Below are positions 24,169 through 36,008 of a stretch of DNA of 64,000 nucleotides, piece by piece. Where the stretch lies: positions 29,511,236 to 29,575,235 of the forward strand of contig NC_069003.1 of the NCBI RefSeq assembly GCF_001194135.2, read 5' to 3'. Position numbers and translations under genes: made by a program. Under the pieces are notes generated by a model. It saw only the letters and a list, made by a program, of their open reading frames with translations. It ran no database searches and was not told the origin of the DNA. Within the stretch, counting starts at the first letter, position 1. Every line of letters starts with the position of its first letter. This stretch comes from Octopus bimaculoides. Its lineage: Eukaryota.

Positions 24169-24369
24169 TGAGCGGGGTGCTAAAAAGTTCCCCGCTTTAA
24201 GAGTATCGCGAAAGACCAAACATTCCGAGTTCTTTTACAGAGCTCAGAAAAACTGAAAGACTGCTGCAATAAGTGTGTGAATCAGAGAAAATGTTGAATA
24301 AAATCATAATTAACTAATCTTCCTGTAGTCTTTTTTATCCAAAGCCAGGAACTTTTCAGCAACCCCTCG
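24169..24369 (+). mobile_element. Mariner MITE retaining the transposase C-terminus
   Basis: Left end gagcggggtgctaaaaagttcc, right end ggaacttttcagcaacccctcg|TA; internal EKLKDCCNKCVNQR.. resembles the mariner C-terminal L..R..KC....G.YVE* pattern. Confidence 0.85.
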
Positions 24370-24681
24370 TAATGTGCCAGTTTTATACAGATTTCTATGA
24401 CATCCAATAAACCCCTCCCAAACTTTCAGGCCTTGTGCTCAAGCTAGAAGCAATTATTGTATTCTATATTTCGTAAACGTCATTTCATACATCAATACGA
24501 TTGAATAATTCCCTACCTTGGCTGAATATAATTTAGTCTTACCTAAGTAATAGATAATGCATTATACCATATTCTGACGTTCTGCTATTTGTAAAAACAT
24601 AATTATTAATCACTGATGCATAACATTTTAGTCTATTATATTCTTATTTATTGCCTGAACTGTTTTTTACTTACTATTCAG

Positions 24682-24711
24682 GTTATCATGCTCCGATGGC
24701 TGCCTGGTTCG
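24682..24711 (+). CDS. Candidate 30-nt exon
   Basis: tgttttttacttactattcAG|GTTATCATGCTCCGATGGCTGCCTGGTTCG|GTAACT; GC-rich island in AT-rich DNA; phase 1/1 reading (G)YHAPMAAWF; other frames also open. Confidence 0.35.
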
Positions 24712-25019
24712 GTAACTCTACACAGCAAAGCCTCTTTGTATATATATGATTGTCACTATCCTAGATGTATTTTCCTTTCTATTATCAATCGCGATACATT
24801 ATATTTACTTTTATAGTACATATAACAAACACAATTTCATAGAAGTGTTTACTTTTTTAGCATTATCGAGTGACTGTCGTTTAATACCACGTTTTTATTT
24901 GAGTCTGTCTAAACAATTTTGATACTGAGATATGTATGCGAACGCATTTGTACGCATGTATATATCTATCTACCTATATGTATATATGAATATATATATT
25001 TACCCACAATCTGGTATCA

Positions 25020-25068
<49 letters not shown>

Positions 25069-25288
25069 CATTTATGCATATATAAGTGTATAGGATGTGT
25101 ATTTATAGGTGTATATTAAAACAGCGATATCTGTTTGCACTTATATAGTTCTATATGTGTACATATTCATTTATATGTAAAATTTGTTCATATTTAAGTG
25201 AGTATATATGTCTGTGTGTTTGTAAACATGTATGTGTATATATATACATATTAAGGTGCTAGATATATACACCAACATACATAATTAA

Positions 25289-25482
25289 TGTGCTAGATCT
25301 AAGTTCGAGTAATTCACCATTTTTAATGTTAATATAAAGCAGGAATAGATAAATAGATATGAAGTAGTCGTAATAGACATAAAAAAATAAATAGCGTTAA
25401 AAAATTATAAAAACACAAGATATTACATAGATGACTTAAATATATATATATATATTTATATGTCTATACATATATATGTGTA

Positions 25483-25521
<39 letters not shown>

Positions 25522-25986
25522 TTATATGTATCTATATATATACGTCTATATATATATAGGCATTTAATATATATATTTTTAATATATGTATATTTATATC
25601 AGTTTAATTTATTATTTTCTAATTTTTTGATAATGTAAATTTTATACTTTAGTTCATGGAACTAGATCTATCAAATAAAGTGCAAAACTTATATTATTAA
25701 AAAAATTTTAAATAATAAATTAAACATTAAAATTACCAGTGAAATAATTCTTGTTCTTTCTTCAAATGGACCTAACTGTACCAAGGCTCTCACATATTTG
25801 TATATATATGTATACACGTGGGTTGTGTGTGTTTATATATAGTTGTATCTGTTTTTCTTTTTTTTTTTTTGCATATATACACATTCGAGTCAATGGTTGT
25901 GTATGCAGCTGACGATGCCAGTATAGGTGCGCTTCTGTATAGGATATATCTATATATGTGCATGTATCTATATACGTATGTATATG

Positions 25987-26057
<71 letters not shown>

Positions 26058-26642
26058 CTATTTATGTATGTGTATTTCTATATGTATTTCTATATATGTA
26101 TAGTTATGCATTCGTATGCATACATTTGTATTTATTTGTATTTATATGTATTTATATGCATGTGTATTTCTATACTTATGTGCACATATGCATATATCTG
26201 TGTGTGTTGTACTGTTTGTTACCGTGTGGTCTCTCTGTATATTAATGTTTATAAGAGAATACAGATATGTGAGTAATGCTGTGTATTTTGTAATACTTCT
26301 CTGCACGTGCTTCTATGTAGCCGCAAGTAGTTTTAGTTTCCCTACAATTCATTGGGCTAAAAACTATTTTGAATCGGAGTTAGAGAACGTACTTAAAATT
26401 AGGGTCGTTAAGTTTTTATATATATTCTTTTGACCTTTGAAAATTATTCTTGGTTTATACTTTATATCTCAAGCTTTCCGTTGCCTATTTAATTCATCGA
26501 TACGATATATTGTGTTTTTATACTATTTTAATGCTATTCATTTTTTTTAAAATTTTGCTATGACTACTCTCTATCTATTTATCTATTCCTGTTTTATATC
26601 AACATGAAATATCGTGAATTACTCGAACTTAGATCTAGCACC
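25289..26642. mobile_element. Non-autonomous DNA transposon with ~155-bp TIRs and TTAA flanks (Kolobok-like)
   Basis: TTAA|tGTGCTAGATCTAAGTTCGAGTAATTCAC... at 25285 and ...GTGAATTACTCGAACTTAGATCTAGCACC|TTAA at 26646; homology continues about 155 bp inward; interior is mostly simple repeats. Confidence 0.7.
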
Positions 26643-27180
26643 TTAATTGATCTGAAACAACACAGCTTTATTTTTACTGACCATACCAATTAATTTTTCC
26701 TAGGCTAGGTCTTCCATATATTTCATATATAAAAAGAAATGTTTTATGTATCGTTGGTGCAGCCATGATATTCTAAAGATCTGTTAAGCTAACTTGGTTG
26801 ATTTAGATTGGTTGGAAAATATACAATTGCATTATGTAATACGTAGCATGGATATTAATGCAGACATATAAATATAATTTGTTGAACACTGAAATACTTA
26901 TTACATAAAGAAAGTTGCGAAACGGCCGTAATCTTAAGCTTGTCAATTGGTTACATAAATATGTTCACCTGACATACCTCCTGGCTTTTAATGATTTCTA
27001 TACTCCTTGTGAATATTTTCACCGACGGGATCTCTTAGATTTAAACAGCATAGAGCTGTGCATTTTACGTCCCTGTATTCGATTATTATGTGGTCTGTTA
27101 GCTGAGTCCGTTAGAGGTGCTTTCTGGGAAAGTCAAGCGATGCTCTGAATCTTTATATTATAATCTATGCATAGAGATGC

Positions 27181-27238
<58 letters not shown>

Positions 27239-27315
27239 GGACGGACGGACGGACGGACGGACGGACGGATGGACGGATGCATGGATGGATGGATGGATGG
27301 ATGGATGGATGGATG
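27181..27315. repeat. Compound tetranucleotide repeat (GATA)n-(GACA)n-(GACG)n-(GATG)n
   Basis: Direct reading. Confidence 0.95.
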
Positions 27316-27859
27316 AAACTTAGAACACAAAGGCAGGAAACCAACAAAAGAGAGCATCTTGCCTGCAGCTCTCTTTAAATTGATAATCTATGCATCAAAC
27401 TTGGGGAAAAGATATACAAAGTTGACCTCGATAAGATTCTATCACAAACAGAGGTCTAGCGGTTCGACTTAAAGCCCCCAAAACAGTGTTACAGCATGGC
27501 CGCAGTTCAGTGACTGAAATCAGTAAATCATAAGCGATGAACGCTTTGGTAATCTCGAGGCTTGTATCGTGGGAGCGAACCTAAAACTACCAAGTCAGGA
27601 AACGAATTTCCTATACAAACTAAATTGCTTTCACTAAACACATAAAGTAAAGGCAAAAAAAAAATATATAAATTCTAAAATTTTATTTGATAATTAAAAG
27701 AATGTACACATAAGAGAATTATTGCTGAAATGAAACAATAAAACTGGAGGAAATGTATTCCCTCAGCGCAAATGTCTTCTATTAATTCACAGAGCGAAGA
27801 AACTGCGTAACTTTAGAGCATTAGAATAATAGCTGGTCTGATATATTCAGATGATTATG

Positions 27860-28340
27860 ATGATGACGATGATGATAAGGAGGATTGTGATGGTGGTGGT
27901 GGTGGTNNNNNNNNNNTTGGAGTGAAGTGGAGGTGGAGCTGGTGGTGGTTGCTTGTGTTGTTGTTGTTGTTGTTGTTGCTGTTGTTGTAGGTGGTGGTGG
28001 TGGTGGTAACTGGTGATAACTGATGTGACGGTGTTGGTGCTGATGATGTACGAGGAGATAGGGATCGCGAGGAGGAGTGGGAGGGATGATGATAAATGTG
28101 ACGGTGGGTGGTGCCAAGGATGATGGTGATGATGATGATGATGATGATGGTGGTAGTAGGAGTGGCAATAGTGGTGGCGATGGTGGTGATGATGATGGCG
28201 ATGGTAATGTTGATAATGGTACTGCTGACATTACGGCATTGTTGGTGGTGCTGCTGCTGATACTGGGGGAGGCAGCGGTGAAACTGATGAAGACGGGGTG
28301 ATGATAATGATGATGATGACGATAATGATGAAGACGATAC
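27860..28340. repeat. Compound trinucleotide low-complexity tract (GAT/GGT/GTT)
   Basis: Direct reading. Confidence 0.85.
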
Positions 28341-28375
28341 ATGGAACTATCTATCCTTATATATATATATATAAA

Positions 28376-28437
<62 letters not shown>

Positions 28438-28564
28438 CAGGGTGTTCACAAAGACTGGGTACATGGAGTAAATAAAATCATAACATAAACAATTAAATAT
28501 AAGAAATAATAATTTCTTAAAGTATGTGTTAATCCCCATGTACCCAGACTTTGTGGACACCGTG
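28438..28564. mobile_element. 127-bp Tc1/mariner-type MITE
   Basis: TA|CAGGGTGTTCACAAAGACTGGGTACATGG ... CCATGTACCCAGACTTTGTGGACACCGTG|TA; 29-bp TIR with 3 mismatches. Confidence 0.88.
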
Positions 28565-28749
28565 TATAGTCCAGCGGTCTGAACTTGGGCAGCTCCTGTG
28601 TATGTGAATCTTCTCCAGCATTATTCTATCGAACATGGGAGAGCCCCTTACTCTCCCGTGCTGCAGTTAAGTAGATTACTGGAATCTGATGACTAGTTCT
28701 GAGATGTATACTAGTGTGGTCTCCTGTTGCCACCTCTTGGTAGATAGGA

Positions 28750-29167
28750 TTTGAACTCAGAATGTAAGGGGCCGGACGGATGATACACCATAAAGCATTT
28801 TTGCCGATCTGCCTACGATTCTGTCACCTCCCCCCCCCCTCCATACACACACACACACCTGGAGAGGAAGGGAAATGAAGTGTTCGGGTCAAGAACACTT
28901 GATGCTGCTCGGTTCGGGAACTGAACTCATGACCTGGCGTCCTGAGTACCACACCCTATTATACTATTCGTTTCAAATTTTGGCACATGGCCAGTAATTT
29001 GGGGGTGGGGGCTTTAATCGATTACATCGATACCGGGGCTCAACAGGCTCGAAATAATGAAAGGCGAAATCGACCGCGGAAGCATTTGAACTGAGAACAT
29101 GAAGACAGACAAGATGCTGCTTAGCACTTTGCTCGGTGTGATAACGAATCTGCAAGCTCTACACCTT
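28750..29167 (-). mobile_element. Cluster of SINE fragments: B head (about 28750-28830), C head (about 28858-28958), B near full length (about 28968-29167)
   Basis: Reverse-complement matches to families B and C. Confidence 0.7.
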
Positions 29168-29758
29168 ACCTATTAAGAATTAATTTCGATATTTATCGCT
29201 TACATAATATTACATTGTAAGTCCGTGATAAAACTAGGCGAGGCAGCAACAAATTTAACCAACAACTTTTAAGGAAGAACATTAACAAACGATTTTCTCT
29301 ACAATATGTTTCACATAAAAACCAAAGCGGAGGAAACGGCAGGTTTTTTCCCCCATTCCTTAACATAATTCTCGACTGTCAATAAATTTTAATATATTTG
29401 TGCTTCGCTAACGTTTTCATAGTGCGGTGTTAACAGCGATTTCTTAAAATAAAATTTAGAAAATTTTTCAAAAATTAAATGCAGATTTTATTTTTCTAAC
29501 ATCAATAAATTGCTAAAACAAGTTATATAAATCGTTTTGATACAATGAATTCTCCTTGGAACCAATCCTTGAAAATAATTTCAGTAAAAACTTCATTATA
29601 TTTGATATAAAAGCCTACATCAAACAAATAAAATGTTAAGTTATATTAAAACAGATATTAAATACAATTCTCTGTATTTTCGAAATGCGGTCGCTTCTTT
29701 ACTGCGAAGATATGTGTGTGCGTATATATGTATTTATACGTATATATATACAAAAAAC

Positions 29759-29980
29759 GGCGGTGAGCTGGCAGGATTGTTAACACGATGGGCGAAATAC
29801 TTAGCGGTATTTCGTCCGTCTTCACGTTCTAAGTTCAAGTTCCGTCGAGGTCGATTCTGCTCTTCTTTTCGGGGTCGATGAATTCAATACCAGTGAAACA
29901 CTGGGGTCGATGTAATCGACTGCCCTCCTCTCCCAAATTTCAGGCCTTGTGCCCATAAAAGAAAGGATTATTATTATTAT
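29759..29980 (+). mobile_element. SINE family B, full length, with (ATT)n tail
   Basis: ggcggtgagctggcagg...tttcaggccttgtgccc..aaagaaaggattattatt. Confidence 0.9.
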
Positions 29981-30180
29981 TTTATGTTTGACTTTTGCTT
30001 TGCATTTGTACAAGTTGGATCCAAGTCTCCCCCAGAGACCTCAAGAAACAACAAGTTAGAAGTTCATGTAGGTGTTATGCCTAGGGTACCATATATTTGG
30101 ATTGTTTGTTTTAAAATTTGAGATCACATAGACAGTATTTTACGTAGGATATGGGCAGTTCCCATGAGCACTATCTTTTG
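29981..30180 (-). mobile_element. 5'-truncated non-LTR retrotransposon 3' end, R4/Dong-like
   Basis: Minus strand 30180-30124 encodes QKIVLMGTAHILRKILSM*, matching the QK..L.GTA.ILRK.L C-terminus of R4/Dong-type RLE LINEs; ends in (TAA)n and has TAA/ATT tracts on both sides. Confidence 0.75.
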
Positions 30181-30191
30181 AAATAATAATA

Positions 30192-30256
<65 letters not shown>

Positions 30257-30299
30257 TAATAATAATATTATTACTGCATATATATATTTATATGCTTAT

Positions 30300-30568
30300 T
30301 TTCTCTTTACTTGTTTCTGTCATTCGACTGTGGTCATGCTGGAGTAGCGCCTTTAGTCGAGCAAATGAACCCCAGAACTTATTCTTTGCAAGCCTAGTAC
30401 TTGTTCTATCGTTCTCTTTTGCCGAACCGCTAAGTTACGGGGACGTAAACACACCAGCATCGGTTGTCAAGCGATGTTAGGGGGACAAACACAGACACAC
30501 AAACATACACACACATACATATATNNNNNNNNNNCTCCTAACATCCACTCACAAGGCTTTGGTCGGCG
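30300..30568 (-). mobile_element. SINE family A with a small gap at the internal microsatellite
   Basis: Near-consensus tail half plus ccactcacaaggctttggtcggc. Confidence 0.88.
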
Positions 30569-31089
30569 TATATATCATTTAACAAGCACAGGATTTAAAT
30601 GGGACCAACTGTCCGTTTTATAATCGATTAGCACCGCGGTGGGAAGAACATGTATAGTGAGCCGCGTAGTATCTTGTACTCATTAGGACTTAGAATATGC
30701 ATGGGTGCTATTTGAGAAAAGAAGACAAGAGACTTTTTCTGTGTGCTTTTCATCACTCCACATATATTGTCATACATCAAATCAACATGAGATACCTTGC
30801 TCTGATCGAGAATGTATACAAATCTTGATAAACTGAACTGAAGAATTAAATGTATATAGCTTAAACAATTTTTCATTGAGAGGCACGTAGAATCGAAACT
30901 TAATCGAATCGATATATCGCTTTTAATAGTGCTGAGAGATAATAAGATAATGCTTAACAAGATAATATTGACTCTAGCAATGTTACATATTTCTCTTAAT
31001 CAGCAGTTGATACTATCAGGTCTACGCGCACAAATATGCAAAAATGTGCAGAAATGCGCAAATATACGTACGCTCTCATGAATATTTAC

Positions 31090-31212
<123 letters not shown>

Positions 31213-31579
31213 ATATGTGGATATTATGTTTTTCTATGTAATTATCCGAACGTACTAGTGAGTGCGTGTTCGAATAATTATATACAAATGTATACATAAA
31301 ACATGCACACAAACATACACATACACACTCACACACTCACACACTCACACACACACACACACATACACACACAAACACACACAACACAAAGATGCACGTG
31401 AGTACTTTTATTTCGATGAAAACAACAAACAATGAGTTTAAAACAACTGTATATATACATACATAATTGTTTCGCATCCTATTGTGTACACTCACTCACA
31501 CACACAGGAAGATATATTCTGTATGTGTCCTTTTCTGTGTATGTGTTCATGTTTATATTAATGTATGTATGTGTATGTA

Positions 31580-31690
<111 letters not shown>

Positions 31691-32497
31691 GTGTGTGTGA
31701 TAATATACAATCGATCGTTTATGTCTTTATTGATTATATTTCAGAAGCTCTCGTTTAAATTGAACATTCTAAAAAGTAAAAAAGAAATGCTTCATTTTAG
31801 GAATATATCCCCTGTGTAATTCTAGTGAATTCAGATGTGGAATTTCTCTATTGTGAGAATCGATTCTACGATATAATTATCATGTAATTAATGTTATTTT
31901 ATTTTCTGGATTTCATTTCTTTTCATTTGTTTTTTTTAAATAAGACTTAAATATCAGAAGATTTACGTTTCTGTAATATGTGCCCCTATAAGATAAGAGC
32001 ATTTTATTGAATGTATTTTAAATCATATGTATTCGTAGAAATCTTTTCAATATATATATGACAGATTTATAAAAAACTTGATAGATATTTTATGTGTCAC
32101 AGAGTAAAACGACGAGGAAAGAGAGGAAAAATAGAAAGGCAGTCAGAAAGAAATGAGGGAAGAAAAAAAGAAAGAAAGAAAAGAAAGAAACAAAGAAAGA
32201 AAGGAAGAAAGGAAGGAAAAAGAAAGAAGGAAGGAAGGAACGTGAGGAAAAAGACAGAACAATACTGAGTTGTCCAAATAATACTAAGCAACTAGTGTGT
32301 GAATATGTAATTACATATATGATTCTGTATAATCTTACAAACCTGTGTATTTACATGCATTTGTCTTCATAAATAATATCTGTGTGATTTCTCTCACCAT
32401 TTTTCATTGTTTTGTTCTTTGTGGCTCATTATTTATCGATCACTATCACTCTTTTTCTTTTTCTCTCCATATATGTGCGTGCGTATGTTTGAGTGCA

Positions 32498-32583
<86 letters not shown>

Positions 32584-32768
32584 TATATATGTATACATGC
32601 ATACATATATATTACATTTACATACGTAAATATGTATACATGCAGATCATATATATATTCGTATGTATCTATGATGACCATATTTATCTCGCCATCTATC
32701 TATCTATCTATATATATATATATATGTATATATATATGTGTGTTTGTGTGTGTGTGTGTGTGTATGTA

Positions 32769-32807
<39 letters not shown>

Positions 32808-33580
32808 NNNNNNNNNNNNNNNNNNNNNNNNNNNNNNNNNNNNNNNNNNNNNNNNNNNNNNNNNNNNNNNNNNNNNNNNNNNNNNNNNNNNNNNNNNNNN
32901 NNNNNNNNNNNNNNNNNNNNNNNNNNNNNNNNNNNNNNNNNNNNNNNNNNNNNNNNNNNNNNNNNNNNNNNNNNNNNNNNNNNNNNNNNNNNNNNNNNNN
33001 NNNNNNNNNNNNNNNNNNNNNNNNNNNNNNNNNNNNNNNNNNNNNNNNNNNNNNNNNNNNNNNNNNNNNNNNNNNNNNNNNNNNNNNNNNNNNNNNNNNN
33101 NNNNNNNNNNNNNNNNNNNNNNNNNNNNNNNNNNNNNNNNNNNNNNNNNNNNNNNNNNNNNNNNNNNNNNNNNNNNNNNNNNNNNNNNNNNNNNNNNNNN
33201 NNNNNNNNNNNNNNNNNNNNNNNNNNNNNNNNNNNNNNNNNNNNNNNNNNNNNNNNNNNNNNNNNNNNNNNNNNNNNNNNNNNNNNNNNNNNNNNNNNNN
33301 NNNNNNNNNNNNNNNNNNNNNNNNNNNNNNNNNNNNNNNNNNNNNNNNNNNNNNNNNNNNNNNNNNNNNNNNNNNNNNNNNNNNNNNNNNNNNNNNNNNN
33401 NNNNNNNNNNNNNNNNNNNNNNNNNNNNNNNNNNNNNNNNNNNNNNNNNNNNNNNNNNNNNNNNNNNNNNNNNNNNNNNNNNNNNNNNNNNNNNNNNNTA
33501 TATATATATATAATGTGCATGCATGTATAGGTCGCATCTTATAAATGACTATATAATAACTCGCGTATTTCCGGGTAAAA

Positions 33581-33799
33581 GTACACGAGATACCGAAATA
33601 TTATTCACCAAATTTAATTATGGAACTCTTCTTCTTTATTTACATAGTCCCTCCAGAGGAGTCATAGCAGTCCAATATTATCTATAAAAAAAAAGCAAGT
33701 AGACTGACATATCAAATTTCGAACCCGTTGAAGGTACACGAAATACCGAAATATCGCTCAGCAAATTTAATTATGAAACTCTTCTTCTTTATTTACATA
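33581..33799 (+). repeat. Diverged 66-bp direct repeat, period 153 bp
   Basis: gtacacga.ataccgaaatat...caaatttaattatg.aactcttcttctttatttacata at 33581-33646 and 33734-33799. Confidence 0.85.
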
Positions 33800-33805
33800 T
33801 TATTA

Positions 33806-33872
<67 letters not shown>

Positions 33873-34770
33873 GCACACACACATATAAACCTTCTCACTC
33901 CTGCGTGGCTCTACTATTTATTTATTCGGACCTGGTGGACTACTAGCGCGAGTCAGTAACTTATATTGACTGTTCCATGTATGTGCACACACACACACAC
34001 ACACACNNNNNNNNNNNNNNNNNNNNNNNNNNNNNNNNNNNNNNNNNNNNNNNNNNNNNNNNNNNNNNNNNNNNNNNNNNNNNNNNNNNNNNNNNNNNNN
34101 NNNNNNNNNNNNNNNNNNNNNNNNNNNNNNNNNNNNNNNNNNNNNNNNNNNNNNNNNNNNNNNNNNNNNNNNNNNNNNNNNNNNNNNNNNNNNNNNNNNN
34201 NNNNNNNNNNNNNNNNNNNNNNNNNNNNNNNNNNNNNNNNNNNNNNNNNNNNNNNNNNNNNNNNNNNNNNNNNNNNNNNNNNNNNNNNNNNNNNNNNNNN
34301 NNNNNNNNNNNNNNNNNNNNNNNNNNNNNNNNNNNNNNNNNNNNNNNNNNNNNNNNNNNNNNNNNNNNNNNNNNNNNNNNNNNNNNNNNNNNNNNNNNNN
34401 NNNNNNNNNNNNNNNNNNNNNNNNNNNNNNNNNNNNNNNNNNNNNNNNNNNNNNNNNNNNNNNNNNNNNNNNNNNNNNNNNNNNNNNNNNNNNNNNNNNN
34501 NNNNNNNNNNNNNNNNNNNNNNNNNNNNNNNNNNNNNNNNNNNNNNNNNNNNNNNNNNNNNNNNNNNNNNNNNNNNNNNNNNNNNNNNNNNNNNNNNNNN
34601 NNNNNNNNNNNNNNNNNNNNNNNNNNNNNNNNNNNNNNNNNNNNNNNNNNNNNNNNNNNNNNNNNNNNNNNNNNNNNNNNNNNNNNNNNNNNNNNNNNNN
34701 NNNNNNNNNNNNNNNNNNNNNNNNNNNNNNNNNNNNNNNNNNNNNNNNNNNNNNNNNNNNNNNNNNNNNN

Positions 34771-34836
<66 letters not shown>

Positions 34837-34919
34837 TTATGTATATATATATATATATGTGTGTGTATATATGTATATATATGAGTGTGTGTATGTGTGC
34901 AAAGAGAGTTATGTAGAGT

Positions 34920-34985
<66 letters not shown>

Positions 34986-35727
34986 CAGACAGATAGATAG
35001 ATAGATAGATGGGTATCATTATGAAAGGTAAGATACTGAATAAATGTAGCCGAGATACAGCGAGCATTTTACTCATAAGTGAATGAATTATTCATTTAAA
35101 AAGAAGAAAAATTGAATCTATTGTTTGATATCAATGTGAAATTGAAATTCAGTCAGGCTGACTCGAATTACTTCAAGGGGAAAAATATTATGGTTCAATT
35201 GACATATAATTATATTCTTTTTACGGCGTATTTTCTTCTTTTATATTATCAATGTTGCCCAATTCGGTATACAAATGTAGGCGGGAAAGCTACAATATTG
35301 ACGGTTCGTTATGTGACTAAATATGCAGAATGGGTTGTTAATAGAATAATAATATAACCAATAATAAACACATATTTACTATGCTTATATAATAGATCTC
35401 TATCTGCATTAGGCTCCGAATATGAAGTGTATTATATCCTAAACTAAATCCAAAACAGGAGGCATTATTTGTAAATTAAAAGTAATGTTGTTCTAATCAC
35501 TTAGGTCAATGGTCTAAAGAAACTGCTAATAGATACTTGATGTAGTTATATGTTGTCTAAAGTATATGAATATGTGTAGCGTGGTCTCAGATACGAGAGC
35601 AATATTTTGATGTGTATGTTAGACCTTGAAGAAGTCAGTATAGGATAAAAGGTTAATGTATGCTGTGATCCTTAAATAGAAATATATGATTATTTGTTGT
35701 TCAAGTTGTTATATACATATGTGTACC

Positions 35728-36008
35728 TGTTATATCTCAGTACTACACAGTGGTTGTGTAAGCTGCGAATCCTCGTCGCCACTATTATATCGCAATACTA
35801 CACAGTGGCTGTGTGAGCTACGAAATCCTCGTCCCCACTATTACGTCTCAAGTTACTGCTATCTAGCACCTTCGGATGATCTCTACTCAACCGCTACACA
35901 ACTGCTACTCGACTGCTACTCAACACTTCTACCATGGCCAGACTACCTCTATTTATATGTCTTGGGAGATCCTACTACTTCGCCGGGGGGGGGGGCGTCG
36001 ACACAACA
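35728..36008 (-). mobile_element. 281-bp solo-LTR-like element, same family as 7984-8148
   Basis: TGTT...AACA ends; 5-bp flanks GTACC (35723-35727) and GCACC (36009-36013); carries two extra 55/56-bp tandem units. Confidence 0.8.

Noticed and set aside
30628-30960. 110-aa minus-strand ORF / 42-nt exon FSLSRFVYILDQSK
   Set aside because: Weak donor (GTATCT), all frames open, no recognisable motif; not distinguishable from chance.
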